Origin: a virus
Lineage: Duplodnaviria > Caudoviricetes
Direction: 5' to 3' (one strand)
Virus record (IMG/VR): IMGVR_UViG_3300005326_000076
Location: 1-41,934 of that record
DNA length: 41,934 nt
Below are positions 26,977 through 36,098 of the stretch, piece after piece. Under the pieces are notes generated by a model. It saw only the letters and a list, made by a program, of their open reading frames with translations. It ran no database searches and had not been told where the DNA came from. Position 1 is the first letter of the stretch; each line of letters opens with the position of its first letter. Made by a program: the position numbers and the translations under genes.

Positions 26977-27229
26977 TTGTTTCGCTTACGGTAACGACGG
27001 TTGCGATACGTTTTGCTGCGCACGAAATACGATGTTGTGCAGACACGGAGATCACAAGTGTGCATCGTTCAAACCGCGTGACGAGTATCTAGCGGAATTG
27101 CAGCGCATCCACGGCACAACGGATATGCCAACAATCATCGCCGCGTATTCTGCGGCTGATCCAGACAAGCGGCGCGAACGGTGGCTGGCTATCGTGAAGA
27201 GAGTGGAAGGAGAGAATAATGGAAAGTGA
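26963..27229 (+). CDS. Cys-rich hypothetical protein
   Basis: DCFAY...C...C...C.SFK pattern. Confidence 0.6.
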   Translation: MVKTDCFAYGNDGCDTFCCARNTMLCRHGDHKCASFKPRDEYLAELQRIHGTTDMPTIIAAYSAADPDKRRERWLAIVKRVEGENNGK

Positions 27230-28055
27230 AATCATCGAGGTCGTGAACGAGCAAACGGAACTCATCACTATTCAGCAACTTCCTGTTATCGTCGAGCAAC
27301 TTCATAGCATCAAAGCGGCGGTAACGGAAAAGGTAACAAAGATACTCGCAATGGCCTGCACGGATACTACAATTCAAGAGATAAAGAAAGCGCGAGCTGA
27401 TCTCAATAAAGACTTTAAGGAATTCGAAGCGCGACGCAAGTTCGTCAAGAACGAGATTCTAAAGCCCTACGAAGCGTTTGAGGTAGTATACAAAGAATGT
27501 GTCACCGAGATATTCAACGACGCGGAGAATAAGCTAAAAGAGGCTATTACTGACGTTGAGAATGCAATCAAACAAGGCAAGGCAAACGAGGTGTCAGAAT
27601 TTTACCGCGCTGAACTCGCGTCGCGTGGACTTGATTTTCCATCATTCGGCCAGTCTGGTATCAAGGTTGGGTTGAGCGATTCAATCACGGCACTCAAAAA
27701 ACAGGCAATCGATATCATATCGAAGACCGCTGATGACGTTGCTATGATTATGAGTTTGCCATTCAACGACGAAATCATGGTTGAGTATCGTAACTCGCTC
27801 AACGTTTCGCGATCTGTCTCAACGGTAAACGATCGGCACAAGGCTATCGAAGCGCAACGCGCCAAATCAGAAACGGTTGCACCGACTACGTTTGAACCGA
27901 TTCCGATTGCTCCCGAAGTTCCGCGCATTATCGTTCCGATGAAAACAGATGACGAGATCGTGAAAGTTATCCGCGTGACGGGAAGTCAACGCAAGATTGA
28001 TTCTTTGATGACGTTCTTAGAAGACGGCTGGTTTAAGTATCAGGTGGAGGAATAA
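27219..28055 (+). CDS. DUF1351-like coiled-coil protein (recombination module)
   Basis: KKARADLNK...RRKFVKNEILKPYEAFE; adjacent to the SSAP gene. Confidence 0.7.
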   Translation: MESEIIEVVNEQTELITIQQLPVIVEQLHSIKAAVTEKVTKILAMACTDTTIQEIKKARADLNKDFKEFEARRKFVKNEILKPYEAFEVVYKECVTEIFNDAENKLKEAITDVENAIKQGKANEVSEFYRAELASRGLDFPSFGQSGIKVGLSDSITALKKQAIDIISKTADDVAMIMSLPFNDEIMVEYRNSLNVSRSVSTVNDRHKAIEAQRAKSETVAPTTFEPIPIAPEVPRIIVPMKTDDEIVKVIRVTGSQRKIDSLMTFLEDGWFKYQVEE

Positions 28056-28057
28056 AC

Positions 28058-28786
28058 ATGGCTGACAATCTTAAGCTATATGAACAATTCCGCAAGGTTC
28101 CCGAAAACGCACAGCGTGAGATCAAAGGCGGCAGACTGAACGGAAAAACCGATATCAACCCCATGTGGCGCATTAAGGCGCTCACGGACGCGTTCGGCGC
28201 TTGCGGGTTTGGCTGGTGGTATGAAATCACCGACAAACACTTAGAGCGCGCTGAAACGGGAGAGGTTGCCGCGTTCGTTGATATCGCGCTATACTACGTC
28301 ATCGACGGTCAAACATCCAAACCCGTTTATGGCACCGGTGGCAGTTCATTCATCGCCAAAGAAAAGGCGGGGCTGTATGTTTCGGACGAGTGCTACAAGA
28401 TGGCGCTCACAGATGCTATCAGCGTCGCTTGTAAGGCGCTAGGCGTTGGCGCGGATGTGTACTGGAACAAAGATGCTACGAAGTATACAAACCCAGCTAG
28501 CGGGCTGTTAGGCGGTCAGAACCAAGACGAGAGCGCGGAACTCAAGCCGGATCGCACGGAAGAAGATTCCACCGCTATCATTGATGCAATCGACAAGGCA
28601 AAAATAGAGATTTTACAGATCGCGCAAGCAGCGGGACGTGACGAAAAAGCGGTTGCCGCGTTCGCTGAAAAACTTGTGCTCGACAATTTCAAAACCGCTG
28701 TCAAGTACAAGGATATGAATCTCGGCTACCTCATCACTGTTAAAAATGCTCTTGTGAAGCGCATCGACGCGGAGAGTGGAAAATGA
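28058..28786 (+). CDS. Sak/Rad52-family single-strand annealing recombinase
   Basis: INPMWRIKALTDAFG..G.GW, GTGGS and KMALTDAISVACKALGVGADVY motifs. Confidence 0.8.
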   Translation: MADNLKLYEQFRKVPENAQREIKGGRLNGKTDINPMWRIKALTDAFGACGFGWWYEITDKHLERAETGEVAAFVDIALYYVIDGQTSKPVYGTGGSSFIAKEKAGLYVSDECYKMALTDAISVACKALGVGADVYWNKDATKYTNPASGLLGGQNQDESAELKPDRTEEDSTAIIDAIDKAKIEILQIAQAAGRDEKAVAAFAEKLVLDNFKTAVKYKDMNLGYLITVKNALVKRIDAESGK

Positions 28787-29322
28787 ATCTCCGAACGCGT
28801 AACTGGCGAGTGTTCAATATCTCGCAAGACGTATGCCGCGTAGAGTTTGAGATTGGAGCGGATCAGAAAAAACCGCTCCTCTCATTCTTGGAAAGATGGC
28901 GCGGGCTTGACATCGGCGCGGAGTTGTCGAAGTGGACGAAGAAACGCTCACAAGACGCTAACGCCTACGCATGGGTGCTGATGACAAAGATTGCGGACGC
29001 GCTGACAGCATCAAAAGCAACCATCACGAAAGACGATGTGTATCTCGACATGCTCAAGGCATACGGTCAAGGCGGCGTGGTGAAGATTAAAGACGCGGAC
29101 GCGGAGAAGTGGAAACGCGCATGGAAGTATACCGAGCCGCACGAGAAGCTCACGCAGGAGAACGCGCAATACTGGCGGTTCTGGGTTGGTTCATCCGAGT
29201 ATGATTCCGCTGAAATGTCCGTGTTCATCAATGGCATCATCGAAGAAGCAAAAGAACTCGGCATCGAAACGCTTGCGCCGGATGAGTTGGAAAGGATGAT
29301 GGGTCAATGGCAAAAAGTATAA
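28783..29322 (+). CDS. NinB/Orf-like recombination accessory protein
   Basis: KKRSQDANAYAW and GSSEYDSAEMSVFI...AKELGIET motifs. Confidence 0.65.
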   Translation: MNLRTRNWRVFNISQDVCRVEFEIGADQKKPLLSFLERWRGLDIGAELSKWTKKRSQDANAYAWVLMTKIADALTASKATITKDDVYLDMLKAYGQGGVVKIKDADAEKWKRAWKYTEPHEKLTQENAQYWRFWVGSSEYDSAEMSVFINGIIEEAKELGIETLAPDELERMMGQWQKV

Positions 29323-29645
29323 TGCAGAACGACAAAGAATCCATCTTTTCTGGACGCACTGACAACCTAGAATATCATCACATCTTCGGCGGTTCAAATC
29401 GCAAGCACTCGGAGAAATACGGCTTGACGGTTTGGCTGACGCACGACGAACACAACGAGCCGCCGTTTGGCGTACATCACTGCAAAGCGGCTAACCGTTC
29501 ATTACAACGCGCCGGGCAGATCAAGTTTCAAGAAACATATCCAGAACTTGACTTTATAAAAATCTTTGGAAGGAATTATTTAGATGCAGACGATACAGAT
29601 AATCGGAAATTTGACAGCTTCGCCGGAGACGAGATCGACTCCTAA
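29307..29645 (+). CDS. HNH-like (His-Me) nuclease-family protein
   Basis: LEYHHIFGG.NRK.SEKYGL.VWL...H...GVH and F..IFGRNYL; the usual Zn-binding Cys residues appear replaced. Confidence 0.6.
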   Translation: MAKSIMQNDKESIFSGRTDNLEYHHIFGGSNRKHSEKYGLTVWLTHDEHNEPPFGVHHCKAANRSLQRAGQIKFQETYPELDFIKIFGRNYLDADDTDNRKFDSFAGDEIDS

Positions 29646-29985
29646 CGGCGTAACGGTTTGCACGTTTACAGTTGCGGTAAGTCGCAAGTTTGCAGACCAG
29701 AGCGGCGAAAAGAAAGTTGATTATTTTAAGTGCAATGCGTGGAGACAACTCGGAGAGATTTGCGCTCGCTATCTTGATAAGGGACGCAAGGTTTATGTGC
29801 GCGGTGAGCTTCAACCAAGATTGTACGACGCGAAGGATGGAACAACGCGCCTTTCGCTTGACGTTCAGGTTGATGAATGCGAATTTTTATCGCCTCGCAC
29901 GGACGCGGAGAAGCACGACGATCCTAAAGAGGAAGTTGACGCGAGCGGGTTCACGGAGATTACGAGCGACATGATCCCATTTTAA
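29584..29985 (+). CDS. ssb: Single-stranded DNA-binding protein
   Basis: IIGNLT..PE.R.T, FTVAVSR, YLDKGRKVYVRGEL and an acidic tail ending DMIPF. Confidence 0.95.
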   Translation: MQTIQIIGNLTASPETRSTPNGVTVCTFTVAVSRKFADQSGEKKVDYFKCNAWRQLGEICARYLDKGRKVYVRGELQPRLYDAKDGTTRLSLDVQVDECEFLSPRTDAEKHDDPKEEVDASGFTEITSDMIPF

Positions 29986-30035
29986 TCGAATAGCATAGCG
30001 TACGGAGAGCCGCGTTAGAGATGGCGCGGCTTGAC

Positions 30036-30064
30036 TTGACGGATTGTTTTCAACGTGGTATAAT
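30036..30064 (+). promoter_or_regulatory. Extended -10 sigmaA promoter preceded by a hairpin
   Basis: TTGACG-17 nt-TATAAT with TG; upstream hairpin AGCCGCG...CGCGGCT (30008-30031). Confidence 0.8.
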
Positions 30065-30094
30065 GGGTTATAACAATATGAAAGGAGATAATAA

Positions 30095-30247
30095 ATGCTG
30101 ACCGTCGAAGAAGTAGCAAAAGAATTGCACGTTACAAAGCAGAGTATCTATAATTGGATAAACGCAGGCAAAATCAATGTCGTGCGTATTTTCGGTTTAT
30201 TGAGAATCGAACAAGCAGAAGTTGACAGAATTAAGCGAGGCGAATAA
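30095..30247 (+). CDS. HTH_17 / excisionase-like DNA-binding protein (50 aa)
   Basis: Translated by eye: MLTVEEVAKELHVTKQSIYNWINAGKINVVRIFGLLRIEQAEVDRIKRGE; AAGGAG RBS. Confidence 0.8.
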   Translation: MLTVEEVAKELHVTKQSIYNWINAGKINVVRIFGLLRIEQAEVDRIKRGE

Positions 30248-30777
30248 TGCTAGATCGGAACTACATGCGCATTCCATCTGATTTGTTTGATTATGAAAAA
30301 ATCATTCAAATAGAATTATTAGAAGATGGAGACAGGACGTTAAACACTTGGCTTTACTTGGTTACAAAATCAAAGAAGCTCAGCGGAGGTTATCGCGGTT
30401 TTATTATTTGTAAAGGTTTTCATCTTAGCGATGAAGTAATAAACAACGTCATATATCCGAGACTAGAAAGAGACACCGTTAAACACATTGAACGACTTGA
30501 ATCATTTGGTTTGGCTGAAAGAAAACACGATTGTGTTATTATTCATTATCCGTGGGAGCGCGACCGAAGCACGTCAGAATACAAGGCGTGGAGAAGTGCA
30601 GTTCTCATTAGAGACGAGTATAAGTGTCGGTCGTGCGAAACTCGCGCAGATTTACAAGTTCATCATATTGTGCCTTGGTCGAAAAATCGCGAGTTAAGGT
30701 TTGATGTAGAAAACGGAAAAACTCTTTGTGCAAAATGTCACTTAGTAGAACACGGAGGATGTTGGAGAAATGGCTGA
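30247..30777 (+). CDS. HNH endonuclease with replisome-organiser-N-like N-terminal domain
   Basis: C-terminal WR.AVL.RD.Y.CRSC...VHHI...N..TLCAKCH. N-terminal RIPSDLFDYEKI.QIE.LEDGD....W..L. Confidence 0.75.
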   Translation: MLDRNYMRIPSDLFDYEKIIQIELLEDGDRTLNTWLYLVTKSKKLSGGYRGFIICKGFHLSDEVINNVIYPRLERDTVKHIERLESFGLAERKHDCVIIHYPWERDRSTSEYKAWRSAVLIRDEYKCRSCETRADLQVHHIVPWSKNRELRFDVENGKTLCAKCHLVEHGGCWRNG

Positions 30778-31501
30778 AAGACGAATGTTTGCAAAGACGA
30801 TTATTGACAGTGACGCATTTATTGACATGCCGATGTCGGCAAGGTTGCTCTATTACGATCTCGGAATGAGAGCGGATGATGATGGTTTTGTAAACTCACC
30901 ACGAAAGATCATGAAGTTTGTCGGCGCGAGTGAGGACGATATGCGCATTCTGTCTGGCAAGAAGTTTGTTATACCATTTGATAGTGGAATCGTTGTTATC
31001 AAGCATTGGAAAATCCACAACTATATCCGTAAAGACACGTACACGGAAACGAAATACAAGGGCGAAAAAGCGCAACTTTACACCGACGAAAACAACGCAT
31101 ATTCTACAACAAAACCACTATTAAACAGCGCAGAAGAAACACCGTCAACGATCCGTGGACGAGACGTGGACGATCCGTTGACACAGGTAAGGTTAGGTAA
31201 GGATAGTATAGTTAAGGATAGTACGGATAGCGCGGACAAGCCGCGTCGTTTTGTTAAACCTACGGCAGAAGAAGTCGAGGAATATTGCACCGAGCGCGGG
31301 AATAAAGTCAACGCTCAAAACTTCGTAGACTTCTACGAGAGTAAAGGTTGGAAAGTCGGCGGTTCACCAATGAAAGATTGGAAAGCTGCTGTCCGCACAT
31401 GGGAGCAACGCGACAAGGCAAAAGCACCTGATAAGAAAATGGTCAGATACATACACCCAGACGAAAACGGAAATCCAACAGAGGGATGGAGAGAAGTATG
31501 A
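30770..31501 (+). CDS. Replisome organiser / replication initiator
   Basis: MAERRMFAKTIIDSDAF.DMP, ADDDGFV and IKHWKIHNYIRKD; C-terminal FVDFYESKGW...MKDWKAAVRTW. Confidence 0.85.
   Translation: MAERRMFAKTIIDSDAFIDMPMSARLLYYDLGMRADDDGFVNSPRKIMKFVGASEDDMRILSGKKFVIPFDSGIVVIKHWKIHNYIRKDTYTETKYKGEKAQLYTDENNAYSTTKPLLNSAEETPSTIRGRDVDDPLTQVRLGKDSIVKDSTDSADKPRRFVKPTAEEVEEYCTERGNKVNAQNFVDFYESKGWKVGGSPMKDWKAAVRTWEQRDKAKAPDKKMVRYIHPDENGNPTEGWREV
31142..31230. repeat. Putative replication origin: four 11-bp iterons plus a 5-bp periodic tract
   Basis: CCGTCAACGAT/CCGTGGACGAG/ACGTGGACGAT/CCGTTGACACA, then GGTAA GGTTA GGTAA GGATA GTATA GTTAA GGATA, inside the initiator gene. Confidence 0.65.
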
Positions 31502-32235
31502 AAAGTCCGATTTACGAACCAGCTGGAAAAGCAAAGGAATATGGAGATCTCGCGATCAATATTTATACTGGATGCACTCATGGTTGCTATTACTGTTTTG
31601 CGCCGAACGTGCTGCACAAGACGAAAGAGGCGTTTTCAGCAAACGTAATGCCGCGCAATGGAATCATTGAAGAAGTTAAAAAGCAACTTGATAAAGAAAA
31701 AATTACGGGTAAGCTCATTCACTTGTGTTTTACATGCGATCCGTATCCAGCCGATATTGACACAACCTCAACACGAGAAATTATAAAGCTTTTAAAAAAT
31801 TCAGGAAACAACGTCCAGATTCTTACAAAGGGGGGAGAGAGAGCAAACCGAGATTTTGATTTACTTGACGAAAACGATTGGTTTGGAGTGACGTATTGCG
31901 GATACGATGACGGAACACTGTTTATTCAACAAGAATCAGAACCATTTGCCGCGCCAGAAATCGAGAGACTTGCATCTCTTTCAATAGCTCACAAGCAAGG
32001 TATCAAAACTTGGATGTCGATTGAGCCTGTGTTGAACGAAGTATCTGTTTTGAATTTTTTGGAATTGAATCCATATTACATTGACAGATACAAGATCGGA
32101 AAACTAAATTATCACCCATCTGCAATAGATTGGAAAAGGTTTGGTAACAGGGCTGAGCAGATTTGTAAAGCAAACAAGATGGATTACTATATCAAAGACG
32201 GTTTGCGAAAGGAAATGGAACGAGATGAACCATGA
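31498..32235 (+). CDS. Radical SAM protein (SplB-like)
   Basis: NIYTGCTHGCYYCFA (CxxxCxxC), DPYP, ILTKG and SIEPV motifs. Confidence 0.85.
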   Translation: MKSPIYEPAGKAKEYGDLAINIYTGCTHGCYYCFAPNVLHKTKEAFSANVMPRNGIIEEVKKQLDKEKITGKLIHLCFTCDPYPADIDTTSTREIIKLLKNSGNNVQILTKGGERANRDFDLLDENDWFGVTYCGYDDGTLFIQQESEPFAAPEIERLASLSIAHKQGIKTWMSIEPVLNEVSVLNFLELNPYYIDRYKIGKLNYHPSAIDWKRFGNRAEQICKANKMDYYIKDGLRKEMERDEP

Positions 32236-33481
32236 ACACGCGGTACTTGGTGCGGCGTTTCTCGATCCGTCACTTATACCGATTATCTGCGGAGAACTAA
32301 CAGCAGATGATTTCTATACGCCGCAAGCCGCGACCGTGTTTATCTCAATCAACGCGCTATGGCAAGCTGAAAAGCCTATCGACCTTGCAACAGTCACGGC
32401 AGAACTTGAGCGCACGGGCGATTTAGAGCGCGTGGGCGGCGTTATGTATCTGTGCGACATTATGGCTTACACGCCTACAACGGCGAACACACGGGCTTAT
32501 ATCGAACTCCTGCACGATTCCAGACGGCGCAGAACGTTTGAGCGCGGAATGCGTGAAGCGGTTGAGCAAGCGGAACAGGGCGATGAGGGTTATATCGCAA
32601 AAGCCAACGACACAATGGACGCGGTGAACGTGATCGGAGCGTCCGGCGTTGAAACGGTGATCGACATCATGCCGACTGTCATCAATCGGTTGGGCGATAC
32701 GACGCGCGGAATATCGACAGGGTTTCACATGCTTGACTACATTTGCGGCGGGTTTGGCAAAGGGCATCTAATCATCATCGCGGCGCGTCCGGCAATCGGA
32801 AAAACCTCCTTTGCTTGCAATATTGCGGCGAATATGGCGCGGGTTGGGTTGGTTGTGCCGTTCTTCTCAATCGAAATGAGCAAGGAAGAAATCACCGAGC
32901 GCGTTATGCTGTCCGAAGCGCAAACGGATAAATACGCGGCAATGCAAAGCACAAAAGCGATGCAAAGCGTACAGGACATAGGCGACAAAATGAAAGATTG
33001 GAAACTGTACGTAGATGATCGCGGCAGTCTTTCGGTTGGTCAAGTGGTTTCAACGGCGTACAAGATAAAGCAACTAGAGCGCAACCTCGATTGCGTGTTT
33101 ATCGATTACTTACAGTTGATGCAGATGGATAAAAAAGAGAACCGCAATCAGGCGGTTGGCGCGATGACGCGACAGCTCAAACAAATGGCGAAAGAGATTA
33201 AATGCCCGGTGGTTGTATTATCGCAGTTGAACCGCGAGGCAGATGGACGCAGACCCGCTGTGTCAGACTTGAGGGACAGCGGAGAGATCGAGCAGAACGC
33301 CGACATGGTTATTCTGCTGCACCGCGAAAATCCAGAGGACACGCAGACGCTTGTAATCGTAGGAAAGAATAGACACGGTAAAACGGGAGATATCGACTTT
33401 GTATGGCATCCAGAATACACGCGGTTTCTAGAACCGCCGATGAAAAACGTACAAGTGCCGAAAGGAACATTTGATAGATGA
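32225..33481 (+). CDS. dnaB: Replicative DNA helicase, DnaB family
   Basis: AARPAIGKT, FFSIEM, IDYLQLM, LSQLNR, DLRDSGEIEQNAD and KNRHG; likely ATG 32225. Confidence 0.95.
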   Translation: MNHEHAVLGAAFLDPSLIPIICGELTADDFYTPQAATVFISINALWQAEKPIDLATVTAELERTGDLERVGGVMYLCDIMAYTPTTANTRAYIELLHDSRRRRTFERGMREAVEQAEQGDEGYIAKANDTMDAVNVIGASGVETVIDIMPTVINRLGDTTRGISTGFHMLDYICGGFGKGHLIIIAARPAIGKTSFACNIAANMARVGLVVPFFSIEMSKEEITERVMLSEAQTDKYAAMQSTKAMQSVQDIGDKMKDWKLYVDDRGSLSVGQVVSTAYKIKQLERNLDCVFIDYLQLMQMDKKENRNQAVGAMTRQLKQMAKEIKCPVVVLSQLNREADGRRPAVSDLRDSGEIEQNADMVILLHRENPEDTQTLVIVGKNRHGKTGDIDFVWHPEYTRFLEPPMKNVQVPKGTFDR

Positions 33482-33993
33482 TAATTCAAGAAGACACGAG
33501 GGAAAAGCCTGATAAAAAGTTGCATATTCTGAAATACTTTTCTGATAACGGGATTGTCGTTGTTCGGTCAAAGCTGTATGTCGGAGATTGGACGCGATTA
33601 GACAAGCAGGATGTAATCGTAGATACAAAATTTTCGCTACAGGAAGTGTACCAAAACATCGTTCAACAGCACGTTCGTTTCCGAGATGAGTGCATCCGCG
33701 CTCAACAATGCGGCATCAAACTTATCATCTTGGTAGAGGAAGAAAGTATAACGGACTTGCGCGGCGTTGAACACTGGAAGAACCCGCGATATATTCAGTG
33801 GTGCAAAATACGGAGCATGCAGAGCGTCGGCAAGGCGATGAAGATCAAGCAACCGAAGCAACCGCCGCTCTCATCCATCCAGCTCATGGATCGCATGAAA
33901 GTCATGTCCGAGCGTTACGGGATCGAGTGGCAATTCACGACGAAAGCGGAGTGCGGGAAACGGATCGTGGAGATACTGGGAGAAAGCGCATGA
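33478..33993 (+). CDS. ERCC4-domain nuclease (possible resolvase)
   Basis: IQEDTREK, KLYVGDW, RFRDEC.RA...IKLIILVE and YGIEWQF. Confidence 0.8.
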   Translation: MIIQEDTREKPDKKLHILKYFSDNGIVVVRSKLYVGDWTRLDKQDVIVDTKFSLQEVYQNIVQQHVRFRDECIRAQQCGIKLIILVEEESITDLRGVEHWKNPRYIQWCKIRSMQSVGKAMKIKQPKQPPLSSIQLMDRMKVMSERYGIEWQFTTKAECGKRIVEILGESA

Positions 33994-34211
33994 ACAACAA
34001 AGAAGCAGACCGCCTATCGCTTGAAACAGGATGTATGCCGATTGAGTTTGACTGTGAATCGCTATTCGTGTTCTTTGAGCCGCACTATAAAAAGCGCATC
34101 GTGATAGCGGGCATTCACGGCGCGACTGATCTCAACTACGACATGGCAATCGCGCTGGCTGACAACTTGCGCGGGATTGCGGAAATGTATTTGGAGGGGA
34201 AAGATGCTTGA
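33990..34211 (+). CDS. Hypothetical protein
   Basis: ATGA-coupled ORF with GGAG RBS. Confidence 0.55.
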   Translation: MNNKEADRLSLETGCMPIEFDCESLFVFFEPHYKKRIVIAGIHGATDLNYDMAIALADNLRGIAEMYLEGKDA

Positions 34212-34875
34212 GTCTGGTTTTTACAACATGGATTGTCTCGAAGCGATGCGCGAGTTTCCTGATAAGTTTTTTGAACTTGCTTGCGTCGACCCGCCGTATG
34301 GTTTAGATCGAATGAGCAAGGGAACGGCAGAAAATAATAGAACAGGATTTGCTCACGGAATATGGAACGACACGAAACCAACGCAAGAGTATTTCGATGA
34401 ATTATTTCGTATTACGAAATGTGCGATTATATGGGGAGCAAACAACTTTACGCTACCGAGCACGGAGTATTTCATAATTTGGGACAAGTTTCAGACGGTT
34501 GATAATTTTGCGAGCGCGGAATTTGCTTGGACAAACTGCGCGATTCCTGCAAGGGTTTTTAGATACGCTGCGCATCAAATGATGCAAGACAGGAAAAAGG
34601 AAGGTGGGAAAATCCATCCCACCCAAAAACCCATCGCGCTCTACACATGGCTACTACAAAACTACGCCCATCGCGGAGACAAGATTCTCGATACGCACGT
34701 TGGCAGCGCGTCAAGCCTTATAGCGTGTCACAGGATGGGTTTTGAGTATTGGGGCTATGAACTTGACGCTGATTATTACAAAGCCGCCTCAGAGCGTCTA
34801 GCGCGGGAGAAAGCCACAACGCCGCTATTCGAGCCGCAGGAAATCTACAAGCAACAAGGACTAACATTCGACTGA
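34204..34875 (+). CDS. DNA adenine/N4-cytosine methyltransferase (beta class)
   Basis: DPPY catalytic motif precedes HPTQKP and ILDTHVGSAS (SAM-binding). Confidence 0.9.
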   Translation: MLESGFYNMDCLEAMREFPDKFFELACVDPPYGLDRMSKGTAENNRTGFAHGIWNDTKPTQEYFDELFRITKCAIIWGANNFTLPSTEYFIIWDKFQTVDNFASAEFAWTNCAIPARVFRYAAHQMMQDRKKEGGKIHPTQKPIALYTWLLQNYAHRGDKILDTHVGSASSLIACHRMGFEYWGYELDADYYKAASERLAREKATTPLFEPQEIYKQQGLTFD

Positions 34876-34894
34876 AAATAATTTCAAAAACATA

Positions 34895-34923
34895 TTGACA
34901 TACGCGCACGCACGCGGTATGAT
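34895..34923 (+). promoter_or_regulatory. sigmaA promoter
   Basis: TTGACA-17 nt-TATGAT with A-tract upstream; closely resembles the promoter at 23773. Confidence 0.8.
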
Positions 34924-34951
34924 ACTGGTATGACAGGAGAGGAGAATTTGC

Positions 34952-35362
34952 ATGGATTATAACGATGTGAGAGAAAACATCAACAACGACATGTATACGG
35001 CGAAACACACGGATGATTTGCGCCCGCAAGTCCTCGCAAAAGGATTTGTGACAGATCGTGAGAAAAGCGTTGCGTGGAACGAGGATCAAGTTGCGCTCAG
35101 CATCAAGCGGGAAAAGGCGTGGCACACAAAGCGCAGAAACGCAGAGAACAAAGCGCGAGATGCGTTCCGTAGTGACCTGATCGATTCAATCATGGACGAT
35201 CTCGGATGCAACCAAGACCAAGCCGCCATCATATACAGCGAGGCGTGGGAGGACGGGCACTCATACGGGTATCACGAGGTCGTGTCGCACGCGGATTCGC
35301 TATGTACGTTTGTCGCCGGGTACGTGAACGCCGGAAAGATGGGTCAGAGTGATGACACGTAA
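34952..35362 (+). CDS. Hypothetical protein
   Basis: Strong AGGAG RBS; KSVAWN and AWEDGHSYG motifs. Confidence 0.7.
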   Translation: MDYNDVRENINNDMYTAKHTDDLRPQVLAKGFVTDREKSVAWNEDQVALSIKREKAWHTKRRNAENKARDAFRSDLIDSIMDDLGCNQDQAAIIYSEAWEDGHSYGYHEVVSHADSLCTFVAGYVNAGKMGQSDDT

Positions 35363-35435
35363 CGAATTCAGATTCTTAGTTGGGTTTTTAATTGCATTTG
35401 TGATCGCGGGCTTGTGGCTTGCGGGAAAGATTTGA
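35352..35435 (+). CDS. Small membrane peptide (27 aa)
   Basis: Translated by eye: MTRNEFRFLVGFLIAFVIAGLWLAGKI. Confidence 0.4.
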   Translation: MTRNEFRFLVGFLIAFVIAGLWLAGKI

Positions 35436-35503
35436 GGGGAATATGATATACAACATCGCCGCCGCAATCGCGGAGTACGAGCGGGCGCAGGAGGGGAAAG
35501 TAT

Positions 35504-35806
35504 ATGGACAAAGATAATCTGCTTAAGTTGGCTATCGCGCTTTGGGGTGAACCCGCACAAATGCTTATGGCAATCGAAGAGATGAGCGAGTTGACTAAGG
35601 CAATATGCAAAGCGTTTCGAGCGGAGGATATGAAGGAAGTGACTGTGCGCGAGCGCATAATGGACGAAATCGCGGATTGCAAAATTATGATTCGTCAAAT
35701 GGAAATTATATTTGGCGATGCGGATGCATTTGAAGCATATAAACTACAACGCCTCGAAGATCGCATTAATGCACATATTGCAAGTCATGAGGTCAACCAT
35801 GAGTGA
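35504..35806 (+). CDS. MazG-like nucleotide pyrophosphohydrolase
   Basis: AIEEMSELTKAICK...DEIADCKIM (EExxE...ExxD). Confidence 0.8.
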   Translation: MDKDNLLKLAIALWGEPAQMLMAIEEMSELTKAICKAFRAEDMKEVTVRERIMDEIADCKIMIRQMEIIFGDADAFEAYKLQRLEDRINAHIASHEVNHE

Positions 35807-36098
35807 GATCGAACGGAAAAAAGAATATCACGCTCTCAAAGCGGAGCGGCTTACGCGAAACGACATAATTCAAGGCAACATCAACATGCTTGATTCTGGA
35901 GCGCTTGAGTGCCGAAGAGTCGGAAAACTAGCATCGGCAGAGGAAAAAGAGATCATAGCGGAAATCTTGACCGCCGAGCTAGGGCGCGAGAAGAACCCGC
36001 TGACGATGGAAGGTGTCGTTTCGGAAGCATACGACAGGGGATACAAACTCGGATATTCAGACGGGTATCAAGACGGAACGAAAGGAGTAATCATATGA
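35799..36098 (+). CDS. Hypothetical protein
   Basis: GAGG RBS; C-terminal AYDRGYKLGYSDGYQDG repeat. Confidence 0.6.
   Translation: MSEIERKKEYHALKAERLTRNDIIQGNINMLDSGALECRRVGKLASAEEKEIIAEILTAELGREKNPLTMEGVVSEAYDRGYKLGYSDGYQDGTKGVII

Noticed and set aside
30095-30247. Excisionase implying an integration module
   Set aside because: The HTH_17 fold is also common among regulators, and no integrase or att-like context was found.
31142-31230. CRISPR-like or mini-array interpretation of the short repeats
   Set aside because: Units are contiguous 11-bp and 5-bp repeats without spacers, inside a coding gene.
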